Shown here piece after piece: positions 9,618 to 17,390 of a stretch of DNA of 18,870 nucleotides. The notes beneath the pieces are model-generated. The model was not told the origin of the DNA. It did not search any database and saw nothing but the letters and a program-made list of their open reading frames with translations. This DNA comes from Amoeboradix gromovi X-113 (lineage: Eukaryota; Fungi; Sanchytriomycota). The stretch is from contig JADGIF010000120.1 in assembly GCA_018985225.1 (NCBI GenBank), positions 1-18,870 on the forward strand, read 5' to 3'. Numbering within the stretch: position 1 is the stretch's first letter; the number at the start of each line of letters is the position of its first letter. The position numbers were made by a program, and so were the translations under genes.

Positions 9618-10370
9618 GAGCTTTATTTGCCCAACAATCTTATCACGAAAATCATTATCGGTGACACTCAACAAATGTACAACTGCAACATATCTTATAA
9701 CCCGTTACTTGCCCATTAGAATGATACGTCATTGTCAAGCTGTGTAAAGGATGGTCTTTTTAACCAGGTTACTGATTATTCTGCTTCTACTGTCGACGTT
9801 TCTAGTTCAGGTAGTCCTGGAACAGAGACAGCAGAAAACACAAGCGAATTGCCAACAGCAAGCGTATCAGACTCTATATTAGCAGACCTCAGTCAGGGAA
9901 TCTTATCTAGTACGCCTATGTCAGCCATAGCAAGTGCTACTCAAGGACTTTTGCCCAGTGTCTTCATCTATTCGAATAAAAGCTTTACTGAAAATAATAC
10001 ATCTGCGGCGGATGGGGTTTCAATTCTTGAGGAATCAACGGATTCTGTCCTTCCATCAAGATCATTAAAAACAAGATCAAGACAGCATAAGACAGCACAA
10101 ACATCCCGATATTATACTTTCGAATCAAATGCATGGTTTACACATACAATGCAGTCTGAGGCTACCAGTTTCAATTTTGCTAAGAATAACTTCAACATCC
10201 GTTGGACTTATTACACTACTGGGAGATGTTTAATCAGCGTTATGGTGATAATAGCAGTCCTTTACTACACTCCATTTGTACGCAGCATTAGGAGCTGGAG
10301 ACAGAAGACTAACTCAGGCAGTGTCAAGTCAAAGAATGCCCACGACAAAGCATTTGGATCTGTATTTTAA
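9618..10370 (+). pseudogene. 5'-truncated LRR receptor-like protein pseudogene (paralog of 14234-15268)
   Basis: The frame upstream of the listed ORF reads ELYLPNNLITKIIIGDTQQMYNCNISYNPLLAH*NDTSLSSCVKDGLF, aligning with DVRINNNYITNIIVHDASALKQCDLSQNPLLGNPNVEYLRMCITSGLY. In-frame TAG at 9717-9719, then S/T-rich stalk, one TM segment and basic tail. No signal peptide or earlier LRRs seen upstream. Confidence 0.82.
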
Positions 10371-11504
10371 AATAAATTGCAAAAATATGTCAACTTCACT
10401 TTTTGTTTGTCTTTTTCAGTTCCAAAGGTGTATAATCTCGCTTTTTCCCGTAGAATGGTTGGCCAACCTTGCGTTCTTGGAGTGGGTCTTCACCAGTTCC
10501 GTTGCCTCTGGACTTCCATACATACCTCAACTTATTTGTTGCAAAGATTCTTTGTAATCTAGGAATCAATTTGAACTGCTTCTTTGTGTTTTTACGTTGT
10601 TGTCGAACGAAGTCTGCATCAATATTGTTCTAAGCATGCATTCTTCAAACATCGATCCAACAATTCCAATTTAAAATGAGCTGACAAAGAGTTTTACAAC
10701 ACCGAATCGGAAACATTGCCTTGGACAGTCTTTCTGATCGATTTACGCAGTAAGTATCACAAGCGTTGTTACTTTTAAGTTTCTTTTGGTGTACTTCTCA
10801 TTGGGAGTGGCTGCAACTCTCAATAACTTCTTTTGTTCAATTCATCGATGATAATGCAATAATATGAACATTAACAAATAAGCTACCACTGTTTTTAATT
10901 AACAAACCTTAAATATGTTTTATCATGAAGGGGAGTGCTATATTGTATGCAGCAACTCTTTAAGAGGTGATTTGAGTTCAAAAAATGCCAAGTCCACTTT
11001 GTCTTTCAGGTGCCATTTTAAAGTCTCAGTAAACCTGGCGGCACCCATGAGAATAACATTATAATTTGCTTTCCTAGCGCCAAGCACAGGTGGCATAATG
11101 ACCAATTCTTAAGAAAAGTTGGCGCAGTCTTTGCACCAGATTATTAAATCTGGGGATTTTGAATATATTTTGATCTAAAGGAAACGCAATTACCAGTTTT
11201 ATAAGTACATACGGTCTTTAGCAAATCAACGTTTTTATGTCCAAGAGAAAGTGAGAAGCAACCCATGTGGGACGACCTTCACGAAGAATAAGAAAATGAA
11301 AATGACCGGGTACATGAGAATCATGCTTCTCACTAACAGATCGTTACTATTATGCTGACTGTGAGATTAGAAATGTGTTTCTCTGCCACGCAGCGACACT
11401 AATATATGCATTTGACAAACCCATGCATTGAAAGATACTAGCATATCAAAAGCAGTAAGCGGCAATGTGTGCAACTAGCGCTGATTACAGTCTAATCATT
11501 TATT

Positions 11505-12209
11505 TTATGGAACTTCGATCGTGACAAATGTTTGACGCTTAGATGGTGTGGTGGGTGAAGCGGAGGACTCAGATTGATAATTAGCAGTTCTCTGTGTGAT
11601 AGGAACCCTCGTTGCTCTGTGTATGGGTCTCGGATCCTCGAATGTCATTGCCAATAATATCCCAGACTGTATGACCATATAAAGCTCTCTGATAAACACA
11701 TCGCTAGTTCCATCTGACAACAAGGCTGCATATATTTGGTACATACAAGTCACACAAGCGATACCGCTTATAAATCGGACTTGAATATCATTTGAACGAA
11801 TTGGTCTTAGGATGAATAAAAAGTTGATGAAGATATGAAGCAGCATCATGACTGAAACTGTTCCTGTGTAAAATGAAAGAAAACTCAAAGCTGCGGTGCA
11901 GCCAATGTACAAAACACAAAATGCTCCAAATAACAGCTGAAATTCAAATCTTAGCTTGAACACAAATGGATATGACAGTGATAAAGCCTCAATGACTATT
12001 ATGAGATTCAGAATGAGATACAATATACTTTGCACATTTGCGTAGGCAAAACCTAGTATAAAGATCAAACAGAATAAAATATGTATTGCATGCCCAACAA
12101 TTACATATACGGATACCTTAGCTGTGTGGTTAAACAGAATATACCCATGAAGTAATATAAAACATAATATCAGCAAATAAATGATTCCAGGATTCAGTGC
12201 ATCGTCCAT
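11505..12209 (-). CDS. Polytopic membrane protein, about 7 TM segments, GPCR-like architecture
   Basis: Seven hydrophobic stretches with short loops in the first ~190 aa, then an S/T-rich tail (SESSASPTTPS). No family motif recognised. Confidence 0.8.
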   Translation of the reverse strand: MDDALNPGIIYLLILCFILLHGYILFNHTAKVSVYVIVGHAIHILFCLIFILGFAYANVQSILYLILNLIIVIEALSLSYPFVFKLRFEFQLLFGAFCVLYIGCTAALSFLSFYTGTVSVMMLLHIFINFLFILRPIRSNDIQVRFISGIACVTCMYQIYAALLSDGTSDVFIRELYMVIQSGILLAMTFEDPRPIHRATRVPITQRTANYQSESSASPTTPSKRQTFVTIEVP

Positions 12210-12626
12210 TTTTGAATTTTGGTGATTTTAAAGCCACCAAGAAAACATTGAGAATTTTACAATCTCGCGTCTTAACTTCATCTAAATGTCATGAGAAATT
12301 TTAAATTGATACATGTTGCAGTCATGTTGAATTGCAAAATTCGGTTTTCGATTTTTACTAAAAATCCTGAAAACTAAGCGACGTATAAAACATGAAAGAA
12401 TCAGAATTGGGGATGCTTGAAGAAACCTCAAAGTTTTCTATTTCAATAAGAGAACAAGACATCCCAGACCTCATGTGGAGCTCTTTTTAGACTCAGTAAA
12501 TAATTTTTGTGAAACTGAACATCTCTTTGCAAGGTGATTACCTTACTTTGATTTAAAGATCAGTATGAACCAATGACTATTCTATTCAAACTCAAATACA
12601 AACATTTATTTTTACCCCTTTTCAGG

Positions 12627-13061
12627 ATGAAGTTGGGAAAATATGAAAGGTTAGGTAAGTTTTGCGAGTTTGTTACTTCTAGAAGCTCAGGACCAGGTGG
12701 TCAAAATGTTAATAAACGAGAAACTAAAGTTCTATTTAAGTTTAAGGCGGAGGAAGCATTTCAAAATGGTTTTATCACAAATGATGTTTTTAATATCATA
12801 CAGCCTTTATTAAAGAACAGCGTTCTTTATATTACTTCACAAAAACATCGCACGCAATTTTTGAACATAAACGATGCAAAATGTAGATTTTCAGCCATTT
12901 TGGACCAGGCCATTTTAGATTCAAGACCAATTGTGCCAGATTTACAGAAAACCAAACGTGTGGATAAACTGAAAAAAGCATTCAATGATGCACGTTTACA
13001 ATTCAAATGGCATTTGAAAGCGAAAAAAGAACTAAGAAAAAGAGTCACTGGCATTGAATAA
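12627..13061 (+). CDS. ICT1: ICT1/Pth4 (ArfB-type) peptidyl-tRNA hydrolase, probably mitochondrial
   Basis: SRSSGPGGQNVNKRETKV (GGQ motif), SQKHRTQFLN and basic C-terminal tail. Start could be 12573 or 12627; 12627 preferred because of the adjacent TTACCCCTT motif. Confidence 0.9.
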   Translation: MKLGKYERLGKFCEFVTSRSSGPGGQNVNKRETKVLFKFKAEEAFQNGFITNDVFNIIQPLLKNSVLYITSQKHRTQFLNINDAKCRFSAILDQAILDSRPIVPDLQKTKRVDKLKKAFNDARLQFKWHLKAKKELRKRVTGIE

Positions 13062-13173
13062 GTTGAGTTGGTCTAAACATTTTAGCTTCAAGATCATTTG
13101 AGTCAGGTGTAAAGGAACCCAAACGCCTGAGACATAAAATGTTAAGGAAGACTAAATATTTGTAATAACAATT

Positions 13174-13676
13174 GGGACATCAAATATAAAAACTGGACTG
13201 ACTTTCAGTAACGACTTGGAACATTATTTCAGCTTTGTTAATTTATGGATTTAAGAGGCGAGTGGACATTCAGCTAGTTGCGGAGTTGACGGGTATAAAA
13301 GGAAAATAAATAACTTTTTGTATCGAAATTTCAAAAATAAATGTTCTGTACAGCTATTCTCTTACTCTTTCATCCAATCTTTACTTCACATAAAATATCA
13401 CTATTACTCTGTAAAAACTAGAATAGATAAGAGTAATGATGTTAGTATAACATTAAATGACTCTAGAAAAGAGTACCGTCTAAGAAAATGCACCTTTTGC
13501 TTAGATGCTCAAAGACCTCATTTATTTGAAAGAGATGTAGGGTCTTCTAGTTTTATTTTAAAAAGAGGAATGCAATTAATGAAAGAGTCTTTGTATAATA
13601 GAAAATTTTTTGTTAATTTCCTCCGTATGGTGCACCTTTAAAAACGAGTTAGTCTAGTTTTTATATTTGGTGTCCC
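13174..13676 (-). mobile_element. MITE copy 3 (503 bp, longest copy, inverted relative to copies 1 and 2)
   Basis: TIRs GGGACATCAAATATAAAAACTGGACTGACT (13174-13203) and AGTTAGTCTAGTTTTTATATTTGGTGTCCC (13647-13676); contains the segments seen in both other copies. Confidence 0.94.
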
Positions 13677-13837
13677 AGATGATTAAAAAAGGGCTTCATG
13701 ATTACATTCATAAATTTTTAAATGCTTGCAAAATCTTGCTTCCAATCACAATCGTTAGTTTTTATTTGTTTTAATTTTACTTATTATGTTTTGCTCATAA
13801 ATGATGTACTTGACCGTTTTGCAAATTATAAATCTAA

Positions 13838-14158
13838 ATGGTCATAAATGAAATCACGTGCAAATGGGACAATTGCAATTTAGAATTTTATTCTGAGATT
13901 GATCGTTTCAACCACATAAAGAAGGATCATATTCAAACCGAGACTCGAAAATGTAAGTGGGAAGGGTGTGAAGGAAAAGTCAACGCAAATCGGTGGAATC
14001 TAATCAGTCACTTGAAAAGACATTTGAATTTGATATTCGGTGTTTGCCATATTTGTGATAGACCATTTAAACGCGCCAGTGAGTACAAACTTCATTTCAA
14101 GACTCATACAGACTCTGAAAGAATTCTAAACTCTGCTGCTCTAATTCTTTTAGGATAA
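13838..14158 (+). CDS. Small three-finger C2H2 protein, PacC/Rim101-like (tandem CWCH2 type)
   Basis: CKWDNC...H...H, CKWEGC...SHLKRH, CHICDRPFKRASEYKLHFKTH. The two CxWxxC fingers and FKR...HxKTH in finger 3 resemble PacC/Rim101. Confidence 0.85.
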   Translation: MVINEITCKWDNCNLEFYSEIDRFNHIKKDHIQTETRKCKWEGCEGKVNANRWNLISHLKRHLNLIFGVCHICDRPFKRASEYKLHFKTHTDSERILNSAALILLG

Positions 14159-14233
14159 AATAAATATTTTTTTCTCTAATACTGTTGTATAAGTTAAAAC
14201 TTCATTATATTCATAAATATGAAAACAACCAAT

Positions 14234-15268
14234 TTATTTACTGTTGAGAAACTCTCTGGATGTATTTCCTTCTCTAAATACAAACGCTTCTAATTGCAAA
14301 TGATCCTGCTTCTTCCTCTTGTATATGAAATATGCTCCACCGGCCGCCAAAGCTAAAACTACAATTAGGATCGTATAGTCGAGTACAACCACTACAGTAG
14401 AGTCTTCATCAGGAAGGTCAGTAGGTAATGCATCAATCATAGTTCTGGGTAGTGTGCTTGCATCGTACAATCCGCTGGTGATACACATTCGCAGATATTC
14501 TACATTTGGATTACCTAATAGCGGATTCTGCGACAAATCACATTGCTTCAACGCGCTGGCATCATGTACAATTATGTTTGTGATGTAATTATTGTTAATT
14601 CTGACATCAGTAGGCGCAAATAACTCCACAGTTCCTGTGAAATGAGGTTTGAGCCCAGCAATTTGACGAGGATATCCGAGATTGAGTGATGTTAAACTTT
14701 CTGGCAATTTAGGTACATCACCAAACATTTTATTGTTATTTAAAAATAACTCTATGAGGTTTGGAGGAAGTGGGTCTGGAATCGTGCCATTGATAAAATT
14801 GCTCCATAGTGATAAAGTGCTTAAAGTCTTTGGCAATGTTGGCGGGATTGAACCGGTCACTTTATTTGCACTCACATCAAAGTAAACTAAATTTGGAGGT
14901 AGTTCTGCAGGAATAGTGCCGCTTATTTCATTGTTTGACACATCAAAGTACTTCAATGTTAATGGCAATTTTGTCGGAATCTTTCCCTGAATTCTGTTAT
15001 TTTCCAGATACAATCCAATTAGATTTGAAGGAATGTAGTTGTTAGATAGCGTACCATTTAGGTAAATTGAATACCACACAATTTCAATCACTCTCTCTTT
15101 GTCGCAAGTCACTCCAAACCCATGGCAGCAATCAACTTGAATATCCGCAAACTGGTCGGGGGCGGTTCCCTTCATACCTAATGTACGTGCGAGGTCCACT
15201 ACATTGGGGCAGTCAACTGAGATTGCAATGACATGATTTAACATAAAAATACAGGACCAAGTCAACAT
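14234..15268 (-). CDS. LRR receptor-like protein (signal peptide, Cys cap, extracellular LRRs, single TM, short tail)
   Basis: Hydrophobic N-terminus, DCC-x-GVTC cap, ~22-aa repeats LPxxLxxLxxxxNxIxGxIP, acidic stalk, TM ILIVVLALAAGGAYFIY followed by KRKK. Confidence 0.92.
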   Translation of the reverse strand: MLTWSCIFMLNHVIAISVDCPNVVDLARTLGMKGTAPDQFADIQVDCCHGFGVTCDKERVIEIVWYSIYLNGTLSNNYIPSNLIGLYLENNRIQGKIPTKLPLTLKYFDVSNNEISGTIPAELPPNLVYFDVSANKVTGSIPPTLPKTLSTLSLWSNFINGTIPDPLPPNLIELFLNNNKMFGDVPKLPESLTSLNLGYPRQIAGLKPHFTGTVELFAPTDVRINNNYITNIIVHDASALKQCDLSQNPLLGNPNVEYLRMCITSGLYDASTLPRTMIDALPTDLPDEDSTVVVVLDYTILIVVLALAAGGAYFIYKRKKQDHLQLEAFVFREGNTSREFLNSK

Positions 15269-15387
15269 TTGGATTCAACAGTGGCTTAAGCCATTTTTAA
15301 AGAACAAAAATTAAACCCGACGCGCCATAAACTGAAACATACAAAGGCCTGTTAAGAGAAATTGTAATTTAATTCAAAATCTATTTA

Positions 15388-16326
15388 TTAAAAGATCTGA
15401 ACATTGAAGATCTTATGCGGATCATTGCATCGCATTTTCTTTCCTTGAGACAATTGGTTAATACGACGAACTTCTTCTTGTGGCAAATTCTGCATTTTGG
15501 TTAAAAAGTTGAAGTTTTCTTGTAGCTGATCTAAGCTAGTTGCTGTCGGGTGAACCACTCTTCCTTCGCTTAAGTTCCACAATAATAGCACTTGTGGTAC
15601 GGTCAATCTTTCTTTTTCTGCAATATCCTGCAAAGTTTGATTCTTTAATAACTGATTTTTTCCCTCTTCCCCTGCAAATGGTGAGTAAGCCATGATTACG
15701 ATATTTTCTCGTTTGGCAAACTGCAACAACTCAGAGTCATAGCAAAATGGATGGATCTCATTTTGCACGACAGCAGGCTTAATTCTTCCATTTTGTACGC
15801 ACTTTTGCACCTGCTCCTTGTTGACATTCCCTAATCCGATAGCTCTGACCAATTTTTGATCAACTAATCTTTCCATTGCTTTCCATGTGTCCATAAAATC
15901 TTTTACCTCGTTGTCCAACTTCACGTTGTTTCCTTGCTTAGGCCACCACCCTTCATTTGGGACCATTGCGATAGGCCACTGCATGATGTATAAATCCAAG
16001 TAATCAACACGTAACTCTTTCAAAGTGTTTCTGCATGCCTGTTCAACCATATCAGATCTATGAAAAGTATTCCACAATTTTCCAACAACGAAAACCTCAT
16101 CTCGTTTTACAACACCTTGTTGAAATGCATTATTTAATCCGCGTCCAATATCACTCTCATTCTCATTAACTTGGGCAGTTTCAATTAATCTGACTCCTGC
16201 CTTAAGAGCTTGCTCTACTACTTGGTCTACCGTTGCTTGACGTTTTTCATATTTCTTGGTACCTAGACCGACCATAGGAATGTGCTTTCCAGTAGATAAC
16301 TTTAATTCTGGTGACTGAGAAACCAT
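15388..16326 (-). CDS. Aldo-keto reductase family protein (catalytic residues substituted)
   Basis: IPMVGLGT, KLWNTFH, LRVDYLDLY, TWKAMERLVDQKLVRAIG, KPAVVQNEIHP, AYSPF, QVLLLW: full AKR-fold signature. Confidence 0.95.
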   Translation of the reverse strand: MVSQSPELKLSTGKHIPMVGLGTKKYEKRQATVDQVVEQALKAGVRLIETAQVNENESDIGRGLNNAFQQGVVKRDEVFVVGKLWNTFHRSDMVEQACRNTLKELRVDYLDLYIMQWPIAMVPNEGWWPKQGNNVKLDNEVKDFMDTWKAMERLVDQKLVRAIGLGNVNKEQVQKCVQNGRIKPAVVQNEIHPFCYDSELLQFAKRENIVIMAYSPFAGEEGKNQLLKNQTLQDIAEKERLTVPQVLLLWNLSEGRVVHPTATSLDQLQENFNFLTKMQNLPQEEVRRINQLSQGKKMRCNDPHKIFNVQIF

Positions 16327-16350
16327 TTAATTACACAATGGGCCTAGTGG

Positions 16351-16358
16351 TATTTATA
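16351..16358 (-). promoter_or_regulatory. TATA box upstream of the AKR gene
   Basis: Minus-strand TATAAATA ending 24 nt before the ATG at 16326. Confidence 0.5.
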
Positions 16359-16706
16359 GCAAAATTTCAGAATTAGATGGCAATAAATGGCGCGATCTTT
16401 AACGATATATCCATTCATATCCACTAGGAGAATTATAGATTAAACGAATCCAATTGAGAGTGTCAACGTGCAATGTTAGTCCAAGTGGATGAAGAATCTG
16501 ACTGTTGCAATGCCTTTAACGTTCAAAAAATTTTCATGGTCCAATTTTTCCGGCTAATTCGATATGTAGTGCCATATTTCATGTTATACAACAATTTGTG
16601 GTTAGGGTTCGTCACTCCTTTCAATAAAGTAGGTCAATTGTTTTCAAAGCTGGAGCAACCTAATTTTTAGATCTAGCATAAGAAATATCCTTAAGTTTAA
16701 CATAAT

Positions 16707-17355
16707 TTACTTACTGCCTATCGCACTATCGATAATTTGAAGGTTTGGTTCCATTGCTTGAATAGTTTCGATATTTGATTTCCCGTGGCCTTGAGGAAAG
16801 GCGCTAGATAGACTTAGCAACTTGGAGTGCTTATATTGTGTAACCAACTGCATTAATTCTCCTTCCTTAATTGGTGAGTCATATACACTGACCTTTTTCG
16901 ACATTTGTTCAAGATGAATCTCTTCAAAATTTCTTGGTAATCTGTGCTTTTTGCTTAGTTCTAAACTATACTTCCAAGTAACAGCTTTAATGTCTTCGTC
17001 CGTCATTTCGTCTATATATGCATTTTTCAATACGCCCAAATACTGCTGGCAAACCATTAAATGAGATCGCAAACTGTCGGATCTACCAAATGTTCTTAAT
17101 AATCTATTGCAAAATATGCAGGGCACTTTTTTTGTATGAAGATTCTTTAAATGTCTACGTTAATGTATAATACCTCGTTAAGCCGGCTTTGTCTCTCATA
17201 ATTTTTTTGCAAATTTTACATACAAATCCTTCAAATTTAATTGATGACCGCACTGTGTCTGGTGGATTTTTGTCAATCGTCACAACATCAATTACTTCAT
17301 CATCCTCCTCTGGATTGTTTTCAACAGTAAGAATATCAACAAAATCGTTTTCCAT
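16707..17355 (-). CDS. Two-exon zinc-finger protein, 209 aa: complement(join(16707..17154,17174..17355))
   Basis: Removing 17155-17173 joins the two listed ORFs in frame (182+448=630 nt) and gives CKICKKIMRDKAGLTRHLKNLH (complete C2H2) followed by PCIFC...SLRSHLMVC (C2HC-like). Acidic N-terminus. Confidence 0.88.
17155..17173 (-). other. 19-nt spliceosomal intron
   Basis: AG|GTATTATACATTAACGTAG|A: GTA donor, TTAAC branch-like motif, TAG acceptor; needed to complete the finger. Confidence 0.85.
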
Positions 17356-17390
17356 GATTTCACAATTACCCCTTTAAATTTCAATTTTAA
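17356..17390. promoter_or_regulatory. 35-bp divergent intergenic region with TTACCCCTT
   Basis: Head-to-head ATGs at 17355 (-) and 17391 (+); TTACCCCTT at 17366-17374 followed by AAATTT. Confidence 0.55.

Larger units (their letters stand above)
5335..13676. mobile_element. Candidate composite/macro-transposon bounded by inverted MITE copies 2 and 3
   Basis: Outer ends are inverted repeats identical for 38 bp (52 of 53 bp). Same CAGATG at both outer junctions (5330-5335, 13676-13681); inner junctions differ (CATATG, CAATTG). Confidence 0.5.

Noticed and set aside
4921-9719. TAG/TGA reassignment or general read-through (frames continue past stops at 4921, 6703, 8689 and 9717; the kinase frame reaches AAA-TAA at 4981)
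   Set aside because: More than 2,000 codons of clearly conserved genes (HMGS, AKR, LRR, F-box pair, kinase) contain no in-frame TAG or TGA. Pseudogenisation or chance is simpler.
9704-9719. 16-nt GT-AG segment that would remove the TAG in the LRR pseudogene
   Set aside because: Removal shifts the frame and deletes part of the conserved NPLL motif.
10889-10907. Second 19-nt GT-AG candidate on the minus strand (GTTTGTTAATTAAAAACAG)
   Set aside because: Splicing it creates no long or recognisable ORF; no protein-level support.
10380-11480. Short open frames on both strands in a 1.1-kb gap (e.g. minus-strand NNIDADFVRQQRKN..., MPPVLGARKANY...)
   Set aside because: No recognisable domain and no consistent frame; may be decayed coding sequence but cannot be supported by eye.
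13318-13641. 107-aa ORF inside MITE copy 3 (also ORFs 48-254 and 5070-5357 overlapping MITE ends) as a transposase remnant
   Set aside because: No DDE or HTH features; non-ATG start for two of them; the frame is not preserved between copies.
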